The translations under genes were made by a program, and so were the position numbers. From Escherichia coli 042 (GTDB lineage Bacteria > Pseudomonadota > Gammaproteobacteria > Enterobacterales > Enterobacteriaceae): a stretch of 64,000 nt of DNA. Below are positions 30,801 through 40,301 of the stretch, piece by piece. Numbering within the stretch: position 1 is the stretch's first letter; each line of letters opens with the position of its first letter. The notes beneath the pieces were generated by a model, which was not told where the DNA came from, made no database searches, and worked only from the letters and a program-made list of their open reading frames with translations. The stretch lies in assembly GCF_000027125.1 (NCBI RefSeq), contig NC_017626.1; one strand, 5' to 3'.

Positions 30801-32183
30801 CTAAAGACTGGCTTTCCAGAGTTCAACACGGTTTCTACCTCGTCTTTTGGCGATATACAGAGCTTCATCGGCTATTTGAATGAGGCGCTCATAGTCAGGA
30901 TGACCATTAAACATGGCGGCACCGATGGAAAGTGAGAGGGCAATATCTTCGCCGTTCGCGGCTTTCAGTTTGGTTTTCTCTACCCGACTGCGAATACGTT
31001 CTGCGGTACGTAACGTTTCGTTTTCAGATGCTTCAGTCAAAACAATGATAAATTCATCGCCCCCGTAGCGGAAAACATAATCACTACTGCGGACGTTGTC
31101 ATAAAAGGCCTGAGAGACTTTACGCAGAATTTCATCGCCAGTGTTATGGCCCCACGTATCGTTGATCTCTTTGAATTTATCAACGTCAATAATCAGCACT
31201 GACAGCGGTGTACCGGTCCGGTTGGCATGGGCAATTTCGCGTTTGAAGATCGTCGGTAGGAAACGGCGGTTAAGTAATTTCGTCAGGACATCCATACCGA
31301 CTTCGTGGCGCGATACTTCTTCAAACAATTCACGCAGCAAGGTAATAATCTGCGATACAGTATTTCTTATCTGTAATAGAAACTTCACCCGAAGACTTCT
31401 GTTATTCAAATTCCTGGTGTTACGCATGGTTTGATTGAAAATACCGTCGAAATCCTGAATCAGACGGGAGATATGGCCCACTTCGGCTATGCCGCTAAAA
31501 TAATGTCGACCTTTATGGTTAAACCACAGGCCAAAATCAGCCTGGCTTAAAGGCAAACTACTGCCTAAATCAGAATCCAGCAGGACTTTATAGATAATAT
31601 CTATTTCCCATGAAAGTAATGAGGCTATTTGCCGTTCTTTTTCTTCTTCGGCATTTTCCAGTAACGAGAAGATACGATAGTTTTCATCTTCCTTTGAGGC
31701 ACTACTGTCACTAAAGGTAAACGCGCGGGTCATCACTTCCATAGCGATATCAATACTGTTAATAGAGAAATGGTAGACCTGAAGTTTTTCTGCGGCGGAA
31801 TAATCCGAAGAGAAGATGACTGGATAGAGGATTTTTTTCAGCACCCGAAACCCCATCTCGACAATTTCTACCGGAATTCCTATGCGGGCATGCACTTCCG
31901 CGACGGTATGCTGGATTTGTATTAGCCTTTCGACATCGTCAACCTGGGCAGAAAGCACGTTAATAATCCAGCGTTCCATCGCACTTTTCAACTGCCGCTC
32001 AACTTGTTCATTACTCAAGAATTCTTCGGCATGCGGGTCGATACGGACAATTCGGTAAAACTCAATACTCAGATAATGGGCATGCGCAACGGCAATTTCC
32101 GCGGCTTTAGCACGAATGAGCGGATCTGCTTGTTCGACAAGCCCGGTCCACTCATCTTTCATTCTTTTAAAATACATCTCCAT
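30801..32183 (-). CDS. dosC: Heme-sensing diguanylate cyclase (globin-coupled sensor)
   Basis: 460 aa; C-terminal GGDEF domain (RYGGDEFIIV); immediately upstream of dosP. Confidence 0.92.
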   Translation of the reverse strand: MEMYFKRMKDEWTGLVEQADPLIRAKAAEIAVAHAHYLSIEFYRIVRIDPHAEEFLSNEQVERQLKSAMERWIINVLSAQVDDVERLIQIQHTVAEVHARIGIPVEIVEMGFRVLKKILYPVIFSSDYSAAEKLQVYHFSINSIDIAMEVMTRAFTFSDSSASKEDENYRIFSLLENAEEEKERQIASLLSWEIDIIYKVLLDSDLGSSLPLSQADFGLWFNHKGRHYFSGIAEVGHISRLIQDFDGIFNQTMRNTRNLNNRSLRVKFLLQIRNTVSQIITLLRELFEEVSRHEVGMDVLTKLLNRRFLPTIFKREIAHANRTGTPLSVLIIDVDKFKEINDTWGHNTGDEILRKVSQAFYDNVRSSDYVFRYGGDEFIIVLTEASENETLRTAERIRSRVEKTKLKAANGEDIALSLSIGAAMFNGHPDYERLIQIADEALYIAKRRGRNRVELWKASL

Positions 32184-32507
32184 AATTCACACCCTTATAA
32201 GGCTGGGAAAGCAGACGGAATCAAAACGAAACGCAACGTGCGAGGTCGACTAACTGCACCATATTCTCCTGAAATATGAAGATATACTGAAAACAAATAA
32301 GCGACTTAGGACAGTTTCAATCTACGCTACTGTTCTTCAGAAGAGTATAGCCCATCGTAATTATTTTTCGGTGACAGCGAATATCGTATGTTTTTTCATA
32401 TTCATACATTTTTATTAGGGGATTTATGACTGTTTAACTAAGTGTGGTTAATTGCGTAGTTAATTTGACTTAAGTAAGCATGATTACTAGTGGGATATTT
32501 CAAGAGG

Positions 32508-32541
32508 GTAACAAGCCGGGGGAAAAGCACCGGCTTGTTAC
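32508..32541. other. Perfect 12-bp stem-loop downstream of yddW
   Basis: GTAACAAGCCGG-GGGAAAAGCA-CCGGCTTGTTAC, 18 nt past the yddW stop on the minus strand; no adjacent U-tract. Confidence 0.5.
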
Positions 32542-32558
32542 AAAGTAAGAATGGGAGT

Positions 32559-33878
32559 TTAACTGCCCCAACGACTTTGCAGATAGCTGACCGCTTGTTG
32601 AGTCTGTGGCTTATTCAGATAGTCCTCACGGAACAAGATTGTGCCGCTAATTTCTGGCACGGCATCGTTAAGATCGAGCTGCTTTTTCAGTTCCGGTACG
32701 CCGCCGTTAATCATCCAGTCTGGCTCTATTTTTGAAGGTTCACCCACTTTATAGAAGGCGATACCGATATACAGGCGGGTCCTGGTCGGTTTAACGACAT
32801 CCGCCCACCATTTTGCCAAAACGTCATAACGTGCGGCACTCCGTGAGAACGGCCAGTAAATTTGGGGAGCAATGTAATCCAGCAATCCTTGTTCCACCCA
32901 TCGACGGGTGTCAGCGTAGGATTCGTCATAGGCTGCCGCGCCTCGGGTATCGGAACCGAGCGGATCGTGTGATCGGTTACGCCACACGCCTGCCGGGCTA
33001 ACGCCAAATTCGACTTCCGGCTTAATGCTTTTAATGGTGTGCGATACCTTCGCAATTAACTGCTGAGTATTGTTGCGCCGCCAGTCTGCTTTTGACGCAA
33101 ATGCGCCTCCGTATTTGCGGTACGTTTCGTTATCATTTAGCCGTGAACCCGGTGACTCAGTATAGAAATAGTCGTCAAACTGCACGCCATCTACCGGATA
33201 GCGGGAAACCACTTCCGCGACTATTGATGTGATCCAGTCCTGAACTTCAGGGATGCCCGGGTCGAGGACAAAGCGATCGCCGGACGTTCTGATCCAGTCG
33301 CGGTGTTGCACATAGACGCTCGCTGGTTGTTGAGCCAGAGTGCTATTCAGTTCCCTGATAGTACCGGGCTTCGTATTAACCGATACGCGATAGGGGTTAA
33401 ACCATGCGTGTACTTTCATCCCACGCTTGTGGGCTTCGTCGAGCATGAATTGCAGCGGATCGTAACCTGGATTTTCACCAATCTTTCCGGTCATAAGATC
33501 GGACCACGGCAAAATTTTTGATGGCCACAGGGCGGTACCGTCCGGCTTGACCTGGAAAAAGACCGTGTTTATGCCGAGACGTTGCAGATGATCCAGTTTG
33601 TCGATCATCGCCTGTTGTTGTACACGGGCCCGGCTGGTGGGGTTACTAATGTTAACCGAGGAAACCGGTGGCCAGTCGAGGCGAGACACCGTGGCCAGCC
33701 AGATGCCACGCATCGGTTGTGACGATTGTTGCGTCGTGGCTGGTGGCTTTGAACCCGCTGGTGGTGTCACCATGGACTCTGGAGGCGTGTTTTTACAACT
33801 ACACAGTAAAAGTGCCAGTGCAACCAGTATCGCTGGTCTTCTAATCGCTAATTTCTCGTTTCGGGAGCAGATATCCAT
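32559..33878 (-). CDS. yddW: Putative glycoside-hydrolase-like lipoprotein
   Basis: 439 aa with lipoprotein signal MDICSRNEKLAIRRPAILVALALLLCSCKN. Confidence 0.85.
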   Translation of the reverse strand: MDICSRNEKLAIRRPAILVALALLLCSCKNTPPESMVTPPAGSKPPATTQQSSQPMRGIWLATVSRLDWPPVSSVNISNPTSRARVQQQAMIDKLDHLQRLGINTVFFQVKPDGTALWPSKILPWSDLMTGKIGENPGYDPLQFMLDEAHKRGMKVHAWFNPYRVSVNTKPGTIRELNSTLAQQPASVYVQHRDWIRTSGDRFVLDPGIPEVQDWITSIVAEVVSRYPVDGVQFDDYFYTESPGSRLNDNETYRKYGGAFASKADWRRNNTQQLIAKVSHTIKSIKPEVEFGVSPAGVWRNRSHDPLGSDTRGAAAYDESYADTRRWVEQGLLDYIAPQIYWPFSRSAARYDVLAKWWADVVKPTRTRLYIGIAFYKVGEPSKIEPDWMINGGVPELKKQLDLNDAVPEISGTILFREDYLNKPQTQQAVSYLQSRWGS

Positions 33879-34008
33879 ATGTGCTGGTTTCCGGTAAACA
33901 GATGTGCGCTCATTCTCGTACTTATCCCGGTTAAGTCAATACGACAGCAAGCACGAAAAAGGGAGCGATGAATTATCGCTCCCTTATCTTATAACCATTC
34001 AGACATGG

Positions 34009-35544
34009 TTAGTGTTTCTTGTCATTCATCACAATATAGTGTGGTGAACGTGCACGCGGGTGCAGGAAGAAGTGACCTTTTGGTGCGTTCTGACTGTTGA
34101 TTGGCTCCAGAGTGACGCCGGTATTCCCTTTGCCTTTACGATCATGAACAGCATAGAGAATAAAGGGCAGGGCAAGTACCACCAGGAAACTAACGACCAG
34201 TAATTCAACATACATATCGGTAGAGTCACCCTGGATGTTATCCGGCGGCAGGAAGGAAACAATAAACGCCATAATTGAAGTCAGCAGACCGACAACAGCC
34301 ACGACCAGTTTCACCCCTTTACCACCAGGGATATTAAATGTGCGTTTTAAGTCAGGATGTTTAAGAACCAACACAATGTAGCCAATAAACAGCATGAAAT
34401 AAGCACACAGATAAATCACCACCGTCAGCGCCAGTGCGATCAGGAAGGACATGTTGTTACCGCCACCGGTATTGGTGAGGATGATCAACGCGATAGAAGT
34501 AATCACCAGCTGCGAAATGACCAGCGTTACCGGTACGCCATTTTTGTTCATTTTAGCGAATGCTGCTGGCAGCAGGTTTTTCTGCGCTGTGACATACATC
34601 CCGCGAGAAGGACCAACAATCCAGGAGGCGATTTCCGCCAGAACACCCAGCAACAGCAGTGCGGAGATCACGCGAACCGTCCACTCAATTTCCGGTGCCA
34701 CATGGGACATCAGAACGGTAAAGGTTTGCATTACACCTGCGGAGAGGTTGATTTCATTACCCGGAATGACCATCGCAATAGACAAACCGCCAACAGAGCT
34801 TAAGCAGATTGCCGCCACCATCAGCAGTAACATAGCCAGTGGATAGTCGCGCCCTGGATTGCTCATTTCATTGACGTGGGTTGCGGAAGCTTCAACGCCC
34901 ATATAACTCAAAATGAAGGCAACAAATACAACCAGGGTGCCCACTTTAGAGAAGTCAGGGAAGAAGGTCTTCGAATCCATTTCGATAGCAACGGGGGCAC
35001 CGGAGTGCAGATAAATAGCCGCTAATGCGATCAAAATAAATGCAGGTAACAGGATACCGGCGAAGAAGCCAACTTTAGCAATTCGCGCCGTGTATTTCGT
35101 GCCACCAAACTGCGTTAATGCCAGCGCCCAAAGAATGATGAGTGCTGCAATAGTTTTGGTAATGGGGTCTTCATTCAGCGCTGGCCATTTCAGGATGTAG
35201 GAGAGTGCCCCTAACACGAAATAGAGCATCGGAATAAAACCAATGGCGATTTGCAGATAGCCAAATGAGATCGCTGCAAATCCCCACCTCGGCCCCAGAG
35301 TATTTGATACCCAGGCGAAGACACCACCTTCTTCCCAGCCGTCGACGGTGGCCATTTCCGCAGCACAAAGTCCCACGGGAATAAACCATAAAATCCCGCC
35401 TAATAGCAGGAAGAAGACTAATGAAAAGCCCGATGTTGCGAAGGTAGGGTATTCATAAACAGCCATTACCATCGATGCCGTTATGGCAAAGAATCCGAGT
35501 AATGTGAGCTGCTTAGCTTTACCTGTCTGTACTGATGTAGCCAT
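34009..35544 (-). CDS. gadC: Glutamate:GABA antiporter (APC family)
   Basis: 511-aa polytopic membrane protein immediately downstream of gadB. Confidence 0.92.
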   Translation of the reverse strand: MATSVQTGKAKQLTLLGFFAITASMVMAVYEYPTFATSGFSLVFFLLLGGILWFIPVGLCAAEMATVDGWEEGGVFAWVSNTLGPRWGFAAISFGYLQIAIGFIPMLYFVLGALSYILKWPALNEDPITKTIAALIILWALALTQFGGTKYTARIAKVGFFAGILLPAFILIALAAIYLHSGAPVAIEMDSKTFFPDFSKVGTLVVFVAFILSYMGVEASATHVNEMSNPGRDYPLAMLLLMVAAICLSSVGGLSIAMVIPGNEINLSAGVMQTFTVLMSHVAPEIEWTVRVISALLLLGVLAEIASWIVGPSRGMYVTAQKNLLPAAFAKMNKNGVPVTLVISQLVITSIALIILTNTGGGNNMSFLIALALTVVIYLCAYFMLFIGYIVLVLKHPDLKRTFNIPGGKGVKLVVAVVGLLTSIMAFIVSFLPPDNIQGDSTDMYVELLVVSFLVVLALPFILYAVHDRKGKGNTGVTLEPINSQNAPKGHFFLHPRARSPHYIVMNDKKH

Positions 35545-35653
35545 ATTATCCCCCTAAAACGGTATTCCTGTCGGAACCGCACCTGTTTTGTTCTGAAGCG
35601 TATTCAGAACAATATTTTCCGTTGCTAATGCCAGTGAACAGACTTTGGAAATT

Positions 35654-35679
35654 GTCCCGAAACGGGTTCGTTTCGGGAC
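35654..35679 (-). other. Intercistronic hairpin between gadB and gadC
   Basis: GTCCCGAAACG-GGTT-CGTTTCGGGAC, perfect 11-bp stem 20 nt after the gadB stop; no U-tract. Confidence 0.5.
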
Positions 35680-35699
35680 ACCGTTACCGTTAAACGTTA

Positions 35700-37100
35700 T
35701 CAGGTATGTTTAAAGCTGTTCTGCTGGGCAATACCCTGCAGTTTCGGGTGGTCGCTGAGATATTTCAGGGAGGCTTTGTAGTCTTCCAGCAACAGTTCAG
35801 CAAAGTCCATTTCGAAGCCGCGACGACACATAATGCGCATCACCACGATGTCGGTGGCTTCACCGCCAAGAGTGAAGGCCGGAACCTGCCAGCCGCGCAG
35901 ACGCAGACGTTCAGAGAGGTCGTACAGGGTGTATCCCGGATCTTCACCATCTTTCAGTTTGAAGCAAACCGCCGGGATGCCTTCGTCCGGGCGACCGGTA
36001 CAGATGAACTCATACGGCCCCAGTTTGGCGATTTCATCCGCCAGATAAGCGGCAACCTGGTAAGAGGCGTTCTGTACTTTGGTATAGCCTTCACGACCGA
36101 GGCGCAGGAATTCATAGTACTGTGCAATTACCTGACCCGCCGGGCGGGAGAAGTTGATGGCGAAAGTCCCAATCTGACCACCGAGGTAGTCAACGTTGAA
36201 CACCAGTTCCTGCGGCAGCGCTTCTTCATCACGCCAGATAACCCAGCCGCAGCCCAGCGGAGCCAGACCGAATTTATGGCCTGAAGCACTGATCGATTTC
36301 ACACGCGGCAGGCGGAAGTCCCAGACGATATCCGGGGCGACGAACGGTGCCAGGAAGCCACCGCTGGCGGCGTCGATGTGCATGTCGATGTCGATACCGG
36401 TGTCGGCCTGGAATTTATCCAGCGCATCGTGCAGCGGTTGCGGGAACTCATAGTTACCGGTGTAGGTCACGCCGAAAGTCGGCACCACGCCGATGGTGTT
36501 TTCGTCGCAGGCTTCAATCATGCGTTTCGGGTCCATAAACAACTGACCGGGGCGCATAGGGATCTCACGCAGCTCCACATCCCAGTAGCGGGCGAATTTA
36601 TGCCAGCAGATTTGCACCGGACCGCACACCAGGTTTGGTTTATCCGTTGGTTTGCCTGCAGCTTCCATACGCTTGCGCCAACGCCATTTCATCGCCATCC
36701 CGCCGAGCATACAGGCCTCGGAAGAACCAATGGTGTTGGTGCCAACGGCCTGACCATTTTTCGGCGCAGGCGCATGCCACAGATCGGCAACCATGTTTAC
36801 GCAACGCAGGTCGATGGCTGCAGATTGCGGATATTCTTCTTTGTCGATCCAGTTTTTGTTAATGGATAAATCCATCAACTTGTGGACATTTTCGTCGTCC
36901 CAGGTCTGGCAGAAAGTGGCCAGGTTCTGACGAGCGTTGCCATCAAGATATAATTCGTCATTGATAATCTGAAATGCGACATCGTCGCGCATTTCGTGCA
37001 GCGGAAAACGTTTTGATTCTGCGATAGTGGAAATAGACTTCGCACCAAAACGTGAATCGAGTAGTTCCGACCTTAAATCCGTTACTAGCTTCTTATCCAT
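35700..37100 (-). CDS. gadB: Glutamate decarboxylase (PLP-dependent)
   Basis: Start moved to ATG 37098-37100 ([24 protein letters not shown]) with AAGGAG RBS; 466 aa. Confidence 0.93.
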   Translation of the reverse strand: MDKKLVTDLRSELLDSRFGAKSISTIAESKRFPLHEMRDDVAFQIINDELYLDGNARQNLATFCQTWDDENVHKLMDLSINKNWIDKEEYPQSAAIDLRCVNMVADLWHAPAPKNGQAVGTNTIGSSEACMLGGMAMKWRWRKRMEAAGKPTDKPNLVCGPVQICWHKFARYWDVELREIPMRPGQLFMDPKRMIEACDENTIGVVPTFGVTYTGNYEFPQPLHDALDKFQADTGIDIDMHIDAASGGFLAPFVAPDIVWDFRLPRVKSISASGHKFGLAPLGCGWVIWRDEEALPQELVFNVDYLGGQIGTFAINFSRPAGQVIAQYYEFLRLGREGYTKVQNASYQVAAYLADEIAKLGPYEFICTGRPDEGIPAVCFKLKDGEDPGYTLYDLSERLRLRGWQVPAFTLGGEATDIVVMRIMCRRGFEMDFAELLLEDYKASLKYLSDHPKLQGIAQQNSFKHT

Positions 37101-37179
37101 TTTAAACTCCTTAAAATGATTGGATCGCATTAAAAAAGTAGGATTTATCGATAAAGTAAGCAAGTGCAAAGGACTCGTG

Positions 37180-37199
37180 TTTAAATAACAAAATCCTAA
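37180..37199 (-). promoter_or_regulatory. GAD box (GadE-type binding site) in the gadB promoter
   Basis: Minus strand reads TTAGGATTTTGTTATTTAAA, the 20-bp GAD box, about 80 bp upstream of the gadB ATG in an AT-rich region. Confidence 0.6.
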
Positions 37200-37461
37200 T
37201 GTTATTTATCGTGAGATATTATGCGAATAATGTTTTTTCATTGAAAATCAATACATTATTGAATTATTGGGTGGTAGCAAGGTGTTTTGTGTTGTTATTT
37301 TTATGCACTTTCTACGCCTCCTGAATTATCACGTAAAAATCAGACCTTAAAATATCACTATTAGTACTTGGTTATTATTTTGAACGCATTTATAAAATTA
37401 TTACATAAAAATAGCGAATATTGATAAAATCCCCGCCAACGATGTGTTGACGGGGCTGTTA

Positions 37462-40245
37462 TTATTTTGGCAATAATACTCCGGTATAGGTATTCACCGG
37501 ATGAGAAAGATATTGTTTAACGGCAGTGTTAACATTCTCTACCGTCATTTGTTTCAATAATTGCTCCTGCTCAGTCCATGCTGCAGGATCGTCATATTGA
37601 ATAAGACTATTTACAATGGTGTTCGCTAATTGTTGAACGCTACGCTGTTGGATATCGAGGCTGCGCTGAACGTTTTGCTGGTATTCGTTCAGTTCTTGCT
37701 CACTGATCCCTTTAGCCAGACGCTTAACCATCACTTCATTCGCTAACGTTAACAGTTCATCATGTCGTTCCGGTTGACAAGTAAAAGCCAGCAAATGACT
37801 GATATCTTTGGCCTGAGGATCAACCGAGAGGCGAGAAGAAACGCTGTATGCCCCAGAGGCCTGTTCACGAATATTAACGCGTAGATCTTTTGCCAGTGCG
37901 ACGTTAAAAGCATCGAGCGCCATACGCGTCTCCAGATTAACCGGTGTCCGGGAATCATAACGCTTCCACTGTGAAACCTGTGCCACAGGTTCATTTTGTT
38001 CTTTTACAGTAACCGATGCGTTGTCCGTCGCGCGAGTTAATGGTTTACCTGCGGCTAATGGCGAATCAGAGTGTTTGATTGATCCTAAGTAAAGCGTAAT
38101 TAACGGCAGGAGTTTGTCTTCTGCGACATTACCGACAATGACAAACGTGATATCCGCTGGAGATGAAAACAACTGGCGATCGGCAGCCAGCGCATCTGCG
38201 GCAGTAAACTGTGCAATCTGATTTTCTTGCAGTAATTTCGTGCGGTCATCAGCATAGCGCGTCTCATACATCTGCTGGGCGAATTTCTCCGCTGGACGCT
38301 GGTCGAGCGTTTTCAACGCCTGAATTTGAGCATTTTGTAGCGATGCCCAAATATTATCGTTAATCGTGCTGTGGGTGATTCGCTGGTTAATCAACTGGAA
38401 ACCAGGTTCAGGGTTATTAGTCCGCGCGCTAACAGAGAGCAATGTATTCATGCCACTGACTTTACTGCTCAAGGTTACCGAGTTTTCCGCACTCCAGCGT
38501 TTCAGGCTGGAAGAGGAGAGTTCACCAACGCCGCTTCCGCTTACTGCTTTATTTGCCAGCGCGATAAGTGATTTTTGCTGCGCAGGGAAACTTAAATCGC
38601 CTTTATAAGATACGGCAGTAATTTGTAGCTTTTGCTCTTCACCCGCGGATTTTGCCAGAATAACCCTGGCACCATTGGAAAGTGTTAATGATGTCAGATT
38701 CTCAGCCAGCGTTTCTTTGCTGCTAATTTCCGCCTGTGGGTCAGCGTCTACTGTTAACGATAAATTTCTGCCTGGGAAGATGTAAGCCGCCAGCTTTTTG
38801 TTGGCGTACTCTTTTTCCAGCGCCAGGATAGCCGCAGGAGACAATGCTTTTTTGGCAGCAACCTCATTGTTTACCATTTGCTCCCAAAATGCATCCTGGT
38901 TCTTTCTTAACTGCTGCCATTTTTCCGCCAGACTTTGCACGGTAATTTGCTGCCACAGACGTTTCGAAAGTTGATATGTCTCTTCCGGCGACAAGAACGG
39001 CGTATTATTTAATGAGCTGGATGCCAGGCGACTGGTCAGCATACGTAAATCACGTTCAGCTTGCTGATCAACCGCATTTTTCAGCCAGGTGAGGCGGGTA
39101 GATTTGACATCATCGAGTTCTTCAGCAGAAAAACCATGCTGATCAATAGTTGCCAACTCTGCCATTAATGCATTCGCAGCATCCTGCATATTATCGTCTC
39201 GTGCATTTACACGGAAAAACAGCGACTGATAATCGGGTGCAATTTTAACGCTGCGCGCAGTGCCGCCAGAAATAGTCTTCAACTCGCCCGACTGTATGCG
39301 TTCCTGCAGACGCTGATTGAACAGCTGAACCAACATGCTCCATTCAGCTTGTTCGATAAAGCTTTGCTCATCGCTCACTTGCACCATTGGCAGGCGATAA
39401 TAGAGTGCGATGCCGTTCACCCGGTTTTCTTTATCATTAATGATATTAAAGCGCAGGTGGTTTTCGGCTTTTGTCGGCCAGACGCGATTTTCAGCTGCTT
39501 TGTTAGCCGGAAGCTTACTTAAATTATCCTTAATCAGCGCCAGCGCTTCTTTACTGTCGATATCGCCGACCACGATAAAGGTCATATTATTTGGTTGATA
39601 CCAGCGTTGATAAAATTGGCGCAATTGTGCCGGTGTGACCGTAGCGACAGTATCCATCACGCCGATAGGTTCACGGTCTAAATTACGGGTATTTGCCAGC
39701 AGGAAAGGGCGGCGCGCCTGAGAGGTGCGCCATTTCGCATCCTGATGGGCACGCCATTCCTCAGTAATTACGCCGCGTTCAGCGTCTACTTCGAGTTTTT
39801 CAAAGCTTGCGGCATTACTCCATTCACTAAAGATTGCCATCACTTGTTGCAGATTTTGTTTCTGCGTAGTCGGCAAACTCACCTGATACACCGTTTCGTC
39901 ATAGCTGGTATAGGCATTAACATCGCGACCAAAACGCAGGCCCATTGACTCAAATGTTTCGATGACTTTATTACCCGGCCATGTTTTTGTGCCGTTAAAC
40001 ATCATATGTTCTACAAAATGAGCCACGCCGCGCTCATTGTCCTCTTCCTGCAATGAACCGGTATGAATTTGCAGCCATAAATTTACCTGATCCTTTGGTT
40101 GAGCATGCGGATAAATCATATATCGCAAGCCATTGTCCAGTTGCCCGGTAATTAACTTTTCATCCTGCGGTAAGGCGGCGGCAATCAGTCGCCCGGGGAG
40201 CAACAGAGTTGCCACTAACGTCAGTAAGAAACAGAGGTTTCTCAT
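37462..40245 (-). CDS. pqqL: Periplasmic M16-family zinc protease
   Basis: Start at ATG 40243-40245 (MRNLCFLLTLVATLLLPGRLIAA, signal peptide) with GGAGA RBS; HFVEHMMF inverzincin motif (HxxEH). Confidence 0.9.
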   Translation of the reverse strand: MRNLCFLLTLVATLLLPGRLIAAALPQDEKLITGQLDNGLRYMIYPHAQPKDQVNLWLQIHTGSLQEEDNERGVAHFVEHMMFNGTKTWPGNKVIETFESMGLRFGRDVNAYTSYDETVYQVSLPTTQKQNLQQVMAIFSEWSNAASFEKLEVDAERGVITEEWRAHQDAKWRTSQARRPFLLANTRNLDREPIGVMDTVATVTPAQLRQFYQRWYQPNNMTFIVVGDIDSKEALALIKDNLSKLPANKAAENRVWPTKAENHLRFNIINDKENRVNGIALYYRLPMVQVSDEQSFIEQAEWSMLVQLFNQRLQERIQSGELKTISGGTARSVKIAPDYQSLFFRVNARDDNMQDAANALMAELATIDQHGFSAEELDDVKSTRLTWLKNAVDQQAERDLRMLTSRLASSSLNNTPFLSPEETYQLSKRLWQQITVQSLAEKWQQLRKNQDAFWEQMVNNEVAAKKALSPAAILALEKEYANKKLAAYIFPGRNLSLTVDADPQAEISSKETLAENLTSLTLSNGARVILAKSAGEEQKLQITAVSYKGDLSFPAQQKSLIALANKAVSGSGVGELSSSSLKRWSAENSVTLSSKVSGMNTLLSVSARTNNPEPGFQLINQRITHSTINDNIWASLQNAQIQALKTLDQRPAEKFAQQMYETRYADDRTKLLQENQIAQFTAADALAADRQLFSSPADITFVIVGNVAEDKLLPLITLYLGSIKHSDSPLAAGKPLTRATDNASVTVKEQNEPVAQVSQWKRYDSRTPVNLETRMALDAFNVALAKDLRVNIREQASGAYSVSSRLSVDPQAKDISHLLAFTCQPERHDELLTLANEVMVKRLAKGISEQELNEYQQNVQRSLDIQQRSVQQLANTIVNSLIQYDDPAAWTEQEQLLKQMTVENVNTAVKQYLSHPVNTYTGVLLPK

Positions 40246-40301
40246 AATTATCTCCATGCGAAAACCGGGCAAATTTACCCGGTTAAGTAAAATCCGAACT
40301 A

